Shown here: positions 40,080 through 50,953 of the stretch, piece by piece | Layout: the number at the start of each line of letters is the position of its first letter | Position numbering within the stretch: the first letter of the stretch is position 1 | Source: an uncultured Methanolobus sp. | Lineage (GTDB): Archaea; Halobacteriota; Methanosarcinia; Methanosarcinales; Methanosarcinaceae | DNA: 64,000 nucleotides | Assembly: GCA_963675495.1 (NCBI GenBank) | Contig: OY776215.1 | Coordinates: 64,001 to 128,000, forward strand | Direction of reading: 5' to 3' | Translations under genes and position numbers: made by a program | Notes under the pieces: generated by a model | The model's database searches: none | Seen by the model: only the letters and a program-made list of their open reading frames with translations | What the model was told of the DNA's origin: nothing

Positions 40080-40762
40080 TTTGATGCTTTTATAACTCCA
40101 AGCTCGCCTTTTACAAATCTGCCAATCGCAGCAACAATTCCCGGTCCGTCACTCGTTTCCCTGCAAGTTATCATGTGTTCCATGAGTCCCAGTCTTTCTA
40201 TTCCGTAGATATCCCTTGCGTGACCGGTTCTTTTGACAGCTGCTTTAAGTTCAGAGCGTGTAACTGCATTGGCAATCACTCTGTCCTGCTCTGATTTTTT
40301 CCAGCTCCACCATAGGTCCACCTGTAATTTTGTAAAAGCACCCACGTTTTCTACTTCATCAGTTATCTCTATTTTTACAGGTAAACGTTTGATCAGTCCA
40401 AAACGAGTTGCTATCTGTTTTGCAGTTCCAACTCCAAGAGGTGTGAGGTTCTTTTTTGGGATGCTTACAAGAGTTCCTACGTCAACGATTATTTCCTTTT
40501 CCCGTATTTGATGTATTACGCCGGAATACACTTCATTCTTTTTAAGTTCTGTGACAGGCGTACCAAATTTACTGACGAGGAAATTGGAAACGAATTCGCT
40601 GTCCTCTCCGGTAATGTCAACCTTAAGCCAGTTATCTTCCGATATTGAAAATTCTGCTGAAGCATCAAGCTCTTTTAATTCATTGCCTACAAACATTTCT
40701 GCTGAATGGAATGCTCTTTCACGGTTGCCATATATTTTTAATAATAGATTTACAGTGACCAT
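40076..40762 (-). CDS. DUF2110 family protein
   Basis: QIATRFGL, GHARDIYGIERLGLMEH and SDGPGIVAAIG motifs. Confidence 0.75.
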   Translation of the reverse strand: MVTVNLLLKIYGNRERAFHSAEMFVGNELKELDASAEFSISEDNWLKVDITGEDSEFVSNFLVSKFGTPVTELKKNEVYSGVIHQIREKEIIVDVGTLVSIPKKNLTPLGVGTAKQIATRFGLIKRLPVKIEITDEVENVGAFTKLQVDLWWSWKKSEQDRVIANAVTRSELKAAVKRTGHARDIYGIERLGLMEHMITCRETSDGPGIVAAIGRFVKGELGVIKASN

Positions 40763-40778
40763 TTTATTGTCCTTTCAA

Positions 40779-41360
40779 TTATTGCTTCATTACCAGGTCA
40801 AAGATATTCTGTATCTCGTTGAGTTTATCCAGACCTTCGTCATCGATAAGGTCTTCATTCTCTTCTATTGAATTTAAAAGTAACTGGATATCCCGGCTAA
40901 AAGGACCAATTTTCATCTTCATTTCCTGAGGCTCTGAATTCTTATTGAAAAGATTATCATACGTAGTTACTATTTGCTCGTGTAACCTGCTAATGTGTTC
41001 CAGCGTTGATTTTTTCTCATTCTCTGAGGTTTCTGTGTTCTGTGCAGTGGCTTCATCAGCCTCTTTCTCTTCTACACTATCTGGTGATTCTCCTTCAATT
41101 GCCATTATCAGGTTTTTAAGAGCATCAACTACGTTGTACCCATGTTCAGTAAGTTCCACATATTTCACACGTCCTTCAATTGTAAATTGTAAGAGACCGT
41201 GTTCTTCCATTTTTGAAAGTATTTTGGTTGTGTGGGCAAAAGTTGAATTTATTTCTTTTGTGATAACTGAAGCGTACGTTTTCTGAAGGGACCATATAGC
41301 CAGAAGGGCAAGGGTTGGTTTCTCCTGTAAAAAAAGCTGCTCAGCATATTCTTTTGTCAT
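40779..41360 (-). CDS. Winged-helix (MarR-like) transcriptional regulator
   Basis: FLQEKP, YASVITKEINSTFAHTTKIL and GRVKYVELT motifs. Confidence 0.8.
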   Translation of the reverse strand: MTKEYAEQLFLQEKPTLALLAIWSLQKTYASVITKEINSTFAHTTKILSKMEEHGLLQFTIEGRVKYVELTEHGYNVVDALKNLIMAIEGESPDSVEEKEADEATAQNTETSENEKKSTLEHISRLHEQIVTTYDNLFNKNSEPQEMKMKIGPFSRDIQLLLNSIEENEDLIDDEGLDKLNEIQNIFDLVMKQ

Positions 41361-41469
41361 GAAAGTTCCCCTTTATGTATACATTTTGAACCCTTGATTG
41401 CAAAAACATCATCATACCTTACATTATATATTATAATATATATCAATAAAATAAAAATAGTATATAATT

Positions 41470-42624
41470 CTATCGGATGTCAGCTATAATAAGTTCAATG
41501 TCCGATATATTTGCATCCGTTTTAAAGGATGTACCGCTAAAATGTGTCCTTGAAGCTAAAAATCCCTGGTTTTGAAGTTCCTGAATGACCGTTTCGATCC
41601 GTGAAGCAGAAACTCCTATTTTTTTGCATATAAGGTGCTGGTCATAGAACATAGGTATGTCCAGTTCATCTCTGCATAATTCAAGCATTTTGACAGCGAA
41701 CTGTTTGGTGCCGCAGTTGCGTGTTTCCAGTTCATTGATGGTTTCACTGCAAAAATCCGGACTATGCAATTTGCCGAGCCACAGAGGACCTGCAATCATG
41801 TTATTTCCACCACAATAGCTACATTTGTTATCAACATGAACTGCAAGACCATGAATACTTTCCCGATTTCCACATTGCGGACAATGTGCGATAAAACCCA
41901 TGTTCTTCAGCATTGTATCAGCCCGCTTTGCTCCTTTTTTTATTTCAAGGTATGTGCGCACGTAATGCCTTGTAGCATGGGTCAGGAGTGGATTCATAGC
42001 TTTATCGTGGAGTGATAATTCCCTTGCTATTTTTCCAAGTAGTATACGCACTCCCATTTCACTGTGGTATTCGTTATTGAAAGGTATTGCAGCATATTTT
42101 CGTATGCCTGAATTTAAATGTGCACCACAAAGAGGTGCAGTATCCGTTGCTGTCACTTCGAGCAGATTGATCACAGAGCGGGCTGCTGCAGCCAGGAAAG
42201 GTCCGGGAGTGCCGAATGGATCAAGGTCAACTATATTGAAATGCTTCTCATGAAGAAGTACATTCGCATTCTTGTGGCTTGCAACGGTATTATGGCCGAT
42301 TTCCAGATTATCTATGTTCTGTTGTATAAGGGTGCAGGCTTCTTCACTCCAGTCATTAAGGGTTGTGTGGATACCTATCTCATTGGATATCCTGAGTCCG
42401 CGAATACCAGAGGCTGAAAGAGCATCCACATAAGTGATGACCTTCTCCGGGTCAGGTTCCATTCTCTTAACAAAAGCAGATGTTGCAGCTACGGAGATAT
42501 CACGATTCATCTCCATGACCGGATTATAAAAAACAGGGGCTGCAGATGGTGCAAAATTAGCTCCTTCCGCAGGGATGGGAACCAGGATATCAGTATCTCC
42601 TTCCTTTACAGATCTTACTTTCAT
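41470..42624 (-). CDS. trm1: tRNA (guanine26-N2)-dimethyltransferase
   Basis: [41 protein letters not shown] and SRTH motifs; Zn ribbon. Confidence 0.95.
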   Translation of the reverse strand: MKVRSVKEGDTDILVPIPAEGANFAPSAAPVFYNPVMEMNRDISVAATSAFVKRMEPDPEKVITYVDALSASGIRGLRISNEIGIHTTLNDWSEEACTLIQQNIDNLEIGHNTVASHKNANVLLHEKHFNIVDLDPFGTPGPFLAAAARSVINLLEVTATDTAPLCGAHLNSGIRKYAAIPFNNEYHSEMGVRILLGKIARELSLHDKAMNPLLTHATRHYVRTYLEIKKGAKRADTMLKNMGFIAHCPQCGNRESIHGLAVHVDNKCSYCGGNNMIAGPLWLGKLHSPDFCSETINELETRNCGTKQFAVKMLELCRDELDIPMFYDQHLICKKIGVSASRIETVIQELQNQGFLASRTHFSGTSFKTDANISDIELIIADIR

Positions 42625-42646
42625 CCGGTTCCCTGAAGATTCATTC

Positions 42647-43138
42647 TTATTTAACAATAATGGTTCCCTTCATTTTGTCCCATGTTAGCACATTATATGC
42701 GTATGTGCCACTTTCATTGAAAGTATATTTGAAACTCCTCCTATTTACTATACTTTCATTTTCCCAGAGGCCTTCATTACTTACAAGTGTGAAAGTCCTT
42801 ACAGGATCGTTATCGTTGAACCACATAACTATATCTCCTGTATTAATTGTGAGATTGTTTGGTTGGGCATTGAAATTTTTCAGGTATATCGTATAGATTT
42901 TAGGATCAGTAGATTCGATTATCTCAAGTGGCTCGTTATCTTCTTCCTCCTCAGACACTTCTTCCTCAACAACAGTTTCATTCATATCTATGTCATCAGT
43001 AATAGTTTCATTGACAACTTCTTCTGCTGTTTCATTTAGCATATCGGTCTCATTAATTACTTCTTCAGTATCATCTACACATCCGATGACTGAAAAAGTG
43101 AGTAATATCAGGAATATAAGCAATAATTTTACTTTCAT
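42647..43138 (-). CDS. Lipoprotein with cupredoxin-like C-domain
   Basis: Lipobox VIGC, acidic linker, [14 protein letters not shown] and [11 protein letters not shown]...MKGTIIV. Confidence 0.75.
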   Translation of the reverse strand: MKVKLLLIFLILLTFSVIGCVDDTEEVINETDMLNETAEEVVNETITDDIDMNETVVEEEVSEEEEDNEPLEIIESTDPKIYTIYLKNFNAQPNNLTINTGDIVMWFNDNDPVRTFTLVSNEGLWENESIVNRRSFKYTFNESGTYAYNVLTWDKMKGTIIVK

Positions 43139-43171
43139 TTGTTCACCTGGATTAGAATATATTTTCGATGG

Positions 43172-43840
43172 TTAAATATCTTCTCGATGGGCTTCTATAA
43201 GCTGTATATTTATATTATGTCCTGCATTTTCCATGTCTATATCTATTAGAGCTGCGAAACCCAATGCAGCCATTCCTGGATTTACAATAATTGTTTTGCC
43301 AGATCTCTTTATACCTCTGGCTTCATGGATATGTCCGCATACAATAAGGTCAGCCTTATCAAGGAAAGAACTCAGGGCTTTGCATCCTACATGCATATCG
43401 TTCACCTCGTCAAGTACTCCGTATGGTGGTGAATGTGTAAGGAGAACCAATGGTTCATCGGATTCTGCAGTTTCACCGATAAGATTATTGAGATTAGTAT
43501 CAAAATCGCATTCTTCTATCTCAAAAGGAGTGCAGAATGGTGTAGGATTAGACCCACCCATACCTACAAATTTGACTCCATCTATTTTTACAGCTTCATT
43601 ATGAAGGTTAGTAGCTCTGGATTCTTCGATCACTTTCAAAATAGATTTATGGTCGCAGTTTCCCGGAACTGCAAGTATTGGTGGCTTGAACAAGTCCAGA
43701 AGTTCCAGCGCCTTTTCATCCGGGCCAAAATTGGTTATGTCCCCAGCGATCAGAACGACATCAATATCCCCTGATTGTTCAAGTAACTCTTCTATTTTAG
43801 AATAATTGCCATGCGGATCTGCAATAGCAAATAGTCTCAT
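43172..43840 (-). CDS. Metallophosphoesterase (Icc-like)
   Basis: DPHG, GDIT, GNCD, HSPP, GHIHE and NPG motifs. Confidence 0.9.
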   Translation of the reverse strand: MRLFAIADPHGNYSKIEELLEQSGDIDVVLIAGDITNFGPDEKALELLDLFKPPILAVPGNCDHKSILKVIEESRATNLHNEAVKIDGVKFVGMGGSNPTPFCTPFEIEECDFDTNLNNLIGETAESDEPLVLLTHSPPYGVLDEVNDMHVGCKALSSFLDKADLIVCGHIHEARGIKRSGKTIIVNPGMAALGFAALIDIDMENAGHNINIQLIEAHREDI

Positions 43841-43882
43841 TTTTATGATCTCTCCATTTGTTGAACTTGCAACCTTCTATTT

Positions 43883-44665
43883 TTAATAAGAGCGGTCTCC
43901 GCCCAGAATGGCTCCAAGTGCACCGCCGCCAATTCCGGCCACTCCGGTTGATTCATCTCTTCCACTGCCACCCTGGTATTTTGATGCTGCAACGATTCTG
44001 TCTGCAAGGCGTGAGAACGGGAGGCTCTGAAGATATACTTTTCCAGGACCTGTCAGGTTTGCAAGCACAAGCCCTTCTCCTCCGAAGAGTGCATTCTTGA
44101 ACCCACCTGCCAGTTGTATATCATATTTCACACTTTCAGCAAAGGCAGTTATACAGCCGGTGTCAACCCTGATAGTTTCTCCGGCAGCAAGGTCTTTTTC
44201 AACGATGGTCCCACCTGCATGTACAAACGCAAGCCCATTACCCTTAAGTCTTTGAAGAATAAAACCTTCGCCTCCAAATAGTCCGGCTCCTATCTTTTTG
44301 GTAAGTGCGATCTCAATATCTATACCGTTTGCTGCACAGAGGAATGAATCTTTCTGGCACAGGAAGCTACCTCCTGTTTTACCAAGGTCAAGTGGTATTA
44401 TCTTTCCGGGATACGGGGCTCCGAATGCAACATATCCTTTTCCTGAGCCTTCGTGGATAAAATTTGTAATAAAGAAACTCTCACCGGTCACTGCGCGTTT
44501 AAGACCTTTAAGCAGGCCTCCGCCTGTGGATGTCTCCATTTTGATCCCCGGGCCCATATACATCATTGCGCCTGCTTCTGCTCTTACTGCTTCATTTGTA
44601 TCAAGTTCTATCTCTACAAGTTGCATGTCGTCGCCGATTATGTTATAATCTATTTCATCTGCCAT
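43883..44665 (-). CDS. TIGR00266/AIM24 family protein
   Basis: AEAGAMMYM, GESFF, FGGEGF and GPGKVYLQSLP motifs. Confidence 0.9.
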   Translation of the reverse strand: MADEIDYNIIGDDMQLVEIELDTNEAVRAEAGAMMYMGPGIKMETSTGGGLLKGLKRAVTGESFFITNFIHEGSGKGYVAFGAPYPGKIIPLDLGKTGGSFLCQKDSFLCAANGIDIEIALTKKIGAGLFGGEGFILQRLKGNGLAFVHAGGTIVEKDLAAGETIRVDTGCITAFAESVKYDIQLAGGFKNALFGGEGLVLANLTGPGKVYLQSLPFSRLADRIVAASKYQGGSGRDESTGVAGIGGGALGAILGGDRSY

Positions 44666-44831
44666 GAGAAAATCTCCAGTAAATACACTATATCGTTGTG
44701 CAATACATCATTATAGAACTTTTGATAGATCTGGATTGTGAATAATACGGGTTTAGGGTTTGGGCTTTAAAATAATGGACATTTGCGCAACTAAACTTGA
44801 ATAGTTTAATATATCTCCTGTGCGTAACCAC

Positions 44832-46334
44832 ATGTTGATAAGTGTGTGCCAAAAAAATTTTCCACCTCATTTGAAGTATTATTTACTTGCATTGCAAGTT
44901 AAAAAACATGGTGTAAGGGTTCATGAATCAGCTGAAAAATATAACCTGTCTGAATCAGATATTCTTGATTTTAGTTCAAACACAAACCTTTTGGGTACAC
45001 CGTTCGATTTTCAGGAAAGTAAACTTGACCAGAAGCAAATAGTCTTTACTTCTATTGATAGATCAGAACAGTACCCTGATAACAGGTATCTGGAATTAAG
45101 AACCGCTGCTGCTGGTTTTCTCGGTCATGGCATCAATTTTGAAAATATAGTTCCTGGTAATGGTTCATGTGAACTGCTGCGTCTGCTGATAGGATCCGTT
45201 GTAAATGAAGGCGATATGGTAATAGTTCCATCTCCTTCATCCGGCCAGTATCGCCATATAGCTGAGATATTCGGTGCTCGTGTACATTCATTTACTTCGA
45301 AGGAATTACTGTCCCTTCCAAAGATGACATTGAATAAGGCAAAAATAGTCATTATTGAGAATCCGAACGACCCCACCGGTGAGCTCACATCAAGAGATTC
45401 GCTAGTGCGATTCGCAGAGAAATGTGCTGAACATAACACTTTGCTTATAGTTGATGAGTCATCCATTGAACTTGCTGACCCTGATATGAGTGTTGCTGAC
45501 ATTACGCTGGATAATGATTATCTTTTTGTTATAAGATCAGTATCAAATATTGTTGGCATGCCTGGTATGAGAATGGCATATGGTATTGGTTCGTGTTCTT
45601 TGGCAGGTGTGCTGAATTCTGCCCGGCTGTCATGGAATATCGGTGCGGTAGATGAAGCTATTGGAATTGCATTTTTGAATATGGAAGGTGGCACCAATTG
45701 TAAATACCTGAATGATTCAAGGGCTTTGATCAAAGAAGAAAGAAAATATATAACCAAACGTTTTTTGGGCATATATGGTTTCGATCCTGTTGAAAGTAAT
45801 GCCAATTATGTGCTTGTGGATGTGAAGGATCTTTTTGTGGATTCTGTAAGACTTACAGAGGGACTTGCATCTCATGGGATAGTGATCCGTGAATGCGGTG
45901 ATTATTTTGATGGTTCCAAAAGATATGTCAGGATATCTGTTCGTCCCAGGGAAGAATTCGAGAAGCTTATAAGTACCCTTGATGATGTATTCGCTAAACT
46001 TAGCAGGGAAGATGCCAGGGAAAAGCTTGAGGAAACCATTGAACATGGTGGTGCAACTGCTGCAGGTCGTGGTTCCTGCGAATACTACCCATGTCATTTC
46101 ACAGGTCAGGATTGTACATTCTGTTTCTGTCCTTTTTATCCATGCCAGAACGAGAATACAGGTGGCAAATATATAGAAAGCTCCACAGGCGGACAGGTCT
46201 GGAGCTGTGAAAATTGTACTTTATTGCATAGACCAAAGGTCGCCAAAATGGTGCTTGATGCACTTATGGGTGACGGAGACACTGATGAGAACATAAGGAG
46301 GGCATGGAAGGAAATAATTGAGCCTCTTCTCTGA
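44832..46334 (+). CDS. CobD-like PLP-fold protein with C-terminal Cys-rich domain; PLP lysine replaced by Asn
   Basis: Full-length paralog of the next gene (YPDNRY, GNGS, CEYYPCH...CTFCFCPFYPC), but RSVSN in place of RSLTK; start uncertain (44820, 44832 or 44844). Confidence 0.85.
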   Translation: MLISVCQKNFPPHLKYYLLALQVKKHGVRVHESAEKYNLSESDILDFSSNTNLLGTPFDFQESKLDQKQIVFTSIDRSEQYPDNRYLELRTAAAGFLGHGINFENIVPGNGSCELLRLLIGSVVNEGDMVIVPSPSSGQYRHIAEIFGARVHSFTSKELLSLPKMTLNKAKIVIIENPNDPTGELTSRDSLVRFAEKCAEHNTLLIVDESSIELADPDMSVADITLDNDYLFVIRSVSNIVGMPGMRMAYGIGSCSLAGVLNSARLSWNIGAVDEAIGIAFLNMEGGTNCKYLNDSRALIKEERKYITKRFLGIYGFDPVESNANYVLVDVKDLFVDSVRLTEGLASHGIVIRECGDYFDGSKRYVRISVRPREEFEKLISTLDDVFAKLSREDAREKLEETIEHGGATAAGRGSCEYYPCHFTGQDCTFCFCPFYPCQNENTGGKYIESSTGGQVWSCENCTLLHRPKVAKMVLDALMGDGDTDENIRRAWKEIIEPLL

Positions 46335-46387
46335 TATTTTTGAGGTGCAATTAAACAGGTTAATATATTTCCTATTTACTACATGCT

Positions 46388-47890
46388 TTGATTATTGTGA
46401 CAGAACAAAGATCATCTCTCCCGGTAAAGAAATATCTTCTAAGTCTTGAGCCATGTGCGCATGGCGGACTGATCCGAAAAAGTTCCCAGAGATATGGGAT
46501 ACCTGAGTCAGATATATTGGATGCAAGTGCAAGCTTGAATCCTTTTGGAACTCCGTTTGAGCAGGCTGATTCGGAACTTGATCTACAGGATCTTCTTAAT
46601 ACCGGACTTGAAAAATTAGAACAGTATCCTGATAACCGTTATATGGAATACAGAACAGCAGCAGCTGATTTTGTTGGTATGGGCACAACATATGAGAACA
46701 TTATTCCAGGCAATGGATCAACTGAGATCATCCGGCTGGTTGCTGAATGTACAATAAGCGAAGGAGATATTGTACTTATCCCCACGCCCACATTCAGTGA
46801 ATATGAGATGCAATGCAAGGTCATGGGGGCACAGATAAAATACGTTGCTCAGGAAGATATTTTCCATCTTGACGATGAATTGCTTAATGAAGCTAAGATT
46901 CTCTTTGTGTGCAATCCCAATAATCCTACAGGAAAATTACTCTTAAAGGAGCAAATAGAAGGACTTGCAGAGATATGTGCAGCCCATAAGACCATTCTCT
47001 TTGTGGATGAAGCATTCATAGAGCTTTCAGACCCTGAGCAGAGTGTTGCATATCTTCTTGAGGAAAATGATTATCTTTTTATCCAGCGCTCCCTCACAAA
47101 GGCTTTTGCTATTCCTGGTATCAGGATGGGTTTTGGTATAGCTTCAAAGAACTTTGCCGGTGTACTTAACAATGCCAGGCTTTCCTGGAATATGGGATGC
47201 ATCGCAGATACTGTTGCAACTGCACTTTTGAATATGGAAGGGGGAGTAAACAGTAAGTACCTGCTAGAATCCAGGACTTTCATAAGAAAGGAATGTGAAT
47301 TCCTCATGGAAAAACTCTCACGTCGGGGTTTTAAGCCCATTAAAAGCAGTGTGAACTATATTTTCGTGGATATATCCGATCTTGCCATGAGTTCATCCGA
47401 GCTTTCAGAGCGTATGGCTTCCCATGGTGTGTTGATACGTGATTGTAATTCATTCCAGAATATAGGTCCTAATTTCATTCGAATAGCTATACGCAAAAGA
47501 GAAGAAAATGAACGTATCGCATCTACCATTCGTCAGGTAATATATGAATGGGGTCGGGAACAGGCAAAAATACAACTGGAAGAAAATATCAAAGCGGCAT
47601 CAGAATGTGGACGTAGGGGTAGCAATACAGAATGTGATTATTATCCCTGTCATTTTGAAGGACAGGACTGCACATTCTGCTTCTGTCCATTCTATCCGTG
47701 TGAGGACAATCTTACTGGAGGCAACTGGGTTGAGAGTTCCAGTGGTGGACAGGTATGGAGCTGCCTTAAATGTACTATAGTTCATCAGGAAAAGATTGTT
47801 GATGAACTGTTATCTGTGTTTACAGTAGATGGACTCAATAATGAAAGTATTGAGAAGGCCTGGAAGGAAGTAATGGAGAATAACTTATGA
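46388..47890 (+). CDS. cobD: L-threonine-O-3-phosphate decarboxylase CobD with C-terminal Cys-rich domain
   Basis: AHGG, PTFSEY, NPNNPTG, DEAFIE and RSLTKAFAIPGIRMG motifs; cob operon context. Confidence 0.92.
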   Translation: MIIVTEQRSSLPVKKYLLSLEPCAHGGLIRKSSQRYGIPESDILDASASLNPFGTPFEQADSELDLQDLLNTGLEKLEQYPDNRYMEYRTAAADFVGMGTTYENIIPGNGSTEIIRLVAECTISEGDIVLIPTPTFSEYEMQCKVMGAQIKYVAQEDIFHLDDELLNEAKILFVCNPNNPTGKLLLKEQIEGLAEICAAHKTILFVDEAFIELSDPEQSVAYLLEENDYLFIQRSLTKAFAIPGIRMGFGIASKNFAGVLNNARLSWNMGCIADTVATALLNMEGGVNSKYLLESRTFIRKECEFLMEKLSRRGFKPIKSSVNYIFVDISDLAMSSSELSERMASHGVLIRDCNSFQNIGPNFIRIAIRKREENERIASTIRQVIYEWGREQAKIQLEENIKAASECGRRGSNTECDYYPCHFEGQDCTFCFCPFYPCEDNLTGGNWVESSSGGQVWSCLKCTIVHQEKIVDELLSVFTVDGLNNESIEKAWKEVMENNL

Positions 47891-48861
47891 TGCTGCCGGT
47901 ACAGGCTGACGCAAGTGAACTTGCTATAGTGCTTCTGTTAGCCTATGCCCTGGATCTGGTATTTTGCGAACCACCTGCTGCAATTCATCCAGTTGTCTGG
48001 ATGGGAAAATTGATAGCTATTTTCAAGAAAAATGTTCCAAAGACCCACAGAAAGCTCTATGGGATATTTATGGGTCTTAGCACTATACTGTTTGGCAGCT
48101 TTATAGCTTATCTTGTATTGCTCTTTATGGGAGTTGAAAATATTCCTGCTCCATTGCGTTATATCGTTGCTGCTTATTTTCTCAAGGCAACATTTGCTGT
48201 ACGCTGTCTCTATGGTGCTGCAGATGAGGTTCGAAAAGAGCTGGATGCAGGAGAGCTTGATGGTGCAAGGCAAAAACTGTCTATGTATGTAAGCAGGGAT
48301 ACATCAAAACTGGATGAAAGCCATGTATCTTCTGCTATTATTGAAACAACATCAGAGAACTATGTGGATGGCATTCTTTCTCCGCTTTTGTTCTATGCAT
48401 GTTTTGGTCCTTTCGGGCTGATCGCAGCATATGTTTTTAAAGCGACAAGCACCCTTGATTCTATGGTAGGGTACATGGATGAACGTCACCGGGACATGGG
48501 CTGGTTCTCTGCAAAGCTGGATGATGTACTCAACTGGGTGCCTGCCCGTTTGTCCGTTCTCTTTATTTGCGCAGCGACTCTAATAATCAGATTGGTCTAT
48601 CGCGGGACCAAAGTACCGGATTACAAAACTGCATTAAAAAGCGGACTTGCGGATGGTTTGAAAACACCATCTCCAAACTCGGGTTTTCCCATGGCATCAG
48701 TTGCCGGTGCGCTCAGGATAAAGCTTGAAAAACCTAATACATATGTATTGGGTGAAGGCTTCGTTTATCCTATGTCTGAAGATATCAAGCTGACATCGTG
48801 GATTACTCTTGTAGCATCATTATTTGCAATTATTGTATCTTTACTTATAATTTTGACATGA
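47887..48861 (+). CDS. cbiB: Adenosylcobinamide-phosphate synthase CbiB
   Basis: EPPAAIHPVVWMG, VSRD, ENYVDG, LDSMVGY, DDVLNWVPARL and SPNSG motifs. Confidence 0.93.
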   Translation: MMLPVQADASELAIVLLLAYALDLVFCEPPAAIHPVVWMGKLIAIFKKNVPKTHRKLYGIFMGLSTILFGSFIAYLVLLFMGVENIPAPLRYIVAAYFLKATFAVRCLYGAADEVRKELDAGELDGARQKLSMYVSRDTSKLDESHVSSAIIETTSENYVDGILSPLLFYACFGPFGLIAAYVFKATSTLDSMVGYMDERHRDMGWFSAKLDDVLNWVPARLSVLFICAATLIIRLVYRGTKVPDYKTALKSGLADGLKTPSPNSGFPMASVAGALRIKLEKPNTYVLGEGFVYPMSEDIKLTSWITLVASLFAIIVSLLIILT

Positions 48862-48909
48862 TATTGACAGATTAAATTTAGTTAAATAAATCTCTCCAAA
48901 GTGATCGCA

Positions 48910-49512
48910 ATGAAATTATCGGATATAGAATCAGAAGACCGGAAAAAAGACCAGTCTAAAGAGCTGGAAGGTGATGTCACCAGGGATATCATTGATATTC
49001 TTGAAGAGGAAGGAATAACAGTTCAGATGCTTGTTGACACTGCATTGGAGTTATATGTTCCACACCCGGGTATCGAAACAAGGGAGCTTGCAGAGGAAAA
49101 ATTCCTGTACGAACTTAATATTGCCCTATTTGATGCAAATCTCTGTATGCTTGTCTATTCCGGGATATTACTTGAAAAAGAAGGTCGTGCAGGCAGATTG
49201 CCTAATATCAGTAAAAGTTCATATGAAAAGGATCTGACCTTCATAATTGCAGATGAAGTTCTTGGCATGAGCATCTCCAAATATATCAGTGGTGACAAAG
49301 GAATGTTCGAATTCGTACGCTTTGACAAGCAAAAACCCGGAATTCTCTCAAAGCTTGGGCCTTTCATGGATGATATAATCGGTGGGCTTATCGGTGGTGT
49401 GTCTGCTAGTATGTATACAAGGGCTATGGCAGAATCGGCAATTTCATCCGATAAAACTAAGAAAGAAGATAAAAAAGACCTGAAAAACAAAAGTGATGTG
49501 ATAGCAGGATGA
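48910..49512 (+). CDS. cobZ: Alpha-ribazole phosphatase CobZ (PgpA-like archaeal type)
   Basis: ADEVLG and FEFVRFDKQKPGI...GPFMDD motifs; cob operon context. Confidence 0.85.
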   Translation: MKLSDIESEDRKKDQSKELEGDVTRDIIDILEEEGITVQMLVDTALELYVPHPGIETRELAEEKFLYELNIALFDANLCMLVYSGILLEKEGRAGRLPNISKSSYEKDLTFIIADEVLGMSISKYISGDKGMFEFVRFDKQKPGILSKLGPFMDDIIGGLIGGVSASMYTRAMAESAISSDKTKKEDKKDLKNKSDVIAG

Positions 49513-50330
49513 CCGGGTTCTTGTTAGCTCTTCGCTCCAGCTTCGGATTTTTGTCAACCATCCCCGTGGGAATTACCATGGAGGGTCTTGATGAGTTCTT
49601 CAAAAGGACCTACCTGCATCTGGTCGTAGGTATTGTACTTGGTCTATTGATGGGTGTGGTAGCCTATATTCTCATAAGCTTCCTGCCAATTTCCATAAGT
49701 GCAGTACTTATCATTGCTTTTGTTTACTATATTACCGGTCTGAATCATCTGGATGGGATAGCTGATCTTGGTGATGGTCTGACAGCCCATGGCTCAGTGG
49801 AAAAGAAATTAAAAGCCCTGAAGGATATGTCCCTGGGGATAGGAGGGGTAGCATATGCAGCTCTTATTATCATTGCATTCTACGCGACCCTTACATCACT
49901 TTATGGTGAATCCATTGTTCTGTATTCAACTACCGCAGATGTAGCACGTATATTCTTCTTTGCGATGTTCGTATCTGAGGTAAGTGCAATGCAGTCTATG
50001 CTGACAATTGCTGCATTTGGCAAACCTATCCATGAAGGACTGGGTTCTATACTCGTGAACAAAACCACAGTACCTAAATATCTTATAGGTTTTGTAATTG
50101 GTAGTATTGCCTGTCTTGGATCATCTTTTTATCTTGGCCTTGGAATTACCGGTATCATTCCATTTATAGCAGCGATTGCAGCAACACTGATATTACTTAA
50201 CGTAAGTAACAGGCATTTTGGTGGTGTCAATGGTGATGTCATTGGTGCTTCCAATGAGATTGGCCGAATAGTAGCATTGATGACCATCACATTGGTATTA
50301 ATGTATGGAGGTATTATTTGGACGCTATAA
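49509..50330 (+). CDS. cobS: Adenosylcobinamide-GDP ribazoletransferase
   Basis: FLSTIP, GLNHLDGIADLGDG, LKD...G and GGVNGDVIGASNE motifs. Confidence 0.93.
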   Translation: MTGFLLALRSSFGFLSTIPVGITMEGLDEFFKRTYLHLVVGIVLGLLMGVVAYILISFLPISISAVLIIAFVYYITGLNHLDGIADLGDGLTAHGSVEKKLKALKDMSLGIGGVAYAALIIIAFYATLTSLYGESIVLYSTTADVARIFFFAMFVSEVSAMQSMLTIAAFGKPIHEGLGSILVNKTTVPKYLIGFVIGSIACLGSSFYLGLGITGIIPFIAAIAATLILLNVSNRHFGGVNGDVIGASNEIGRIVALMTITLVLMYGGIIWTL

Positions 50331-50953
50331 TAATGGCAGGAGGATTTGGAAGCAGGCTTGATATGGGTGAAAAACCCTGTGTTGACCTACTGGGAAAACC
50401 TCTCATAACCTATGTGATCGATACTCTGCTAAGAACCGAGAGCATTGGTGACATATATGTTGCTGTTTCCCCTGCAACCCCCAGGACCGCATCTTTTATC
50501 CAGGAAAAATATGATGACAAGGTAATGGTTATCCCCACAGGCGGGGGTAACTATGTGGGTGATATGGTGTATGCGGTAAAGGTTGCTTGTATCACGGAGC
50601 CACTTCTTATTCTTATGGCAGACCTGCCTCTTTTGACACCAGAACTTCTTGAAAAGGTAATAGAAGAGTATAAGGTATGTGGAAAACCGGCAATGTCTAT
50701 TTTTTCCCCTATATGTGTTTGTAAAAGTCTCGGTATCCGTCCTGATACGGTTTTTAACTGGGAGGGGAAAGGGGAACTGATAGTTCCTTCGGGAATCAAT
50801 ATAATGGATGGCAATGATGTGGATCATGAACAGGATTATGTAAGTCTTGTACTGGATGACATTGAACTGGCACTCAATATCAATACAGTTGAGGACTTGC
50901 AAAGGTGCAAAGATATACTTCTTGAGAGAAAAGCAGAATCTCTTAGCAACTAG
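50318..50953 (+). CDS. cobY: GTP:adenosylcobinamide-phosphate guanylyltransferase
   Basis: MAGGFGSRL..GEKP, GGNYVGD, ADLP and NINTVEDL motifs. Confidence 0.88.
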   Translation: MDAIIMAGGFGSRLDMGEKPCVDLLGKPLITYVIDTLLRTESIGDIYVAVSPATPRTASFIQEKYDDKVMVIPTGGGNYVGDMVYAVKVACITEPLLILMADLPLLTPELLEKVIEEYKVCGKPAMSIFSPICVCKSLGIRPDTVFNWEGKGELIVPSGINIMDGNDVDHEQDYVSLVLDDIELALNINTVEDLQRCKDILLERKAESLSN

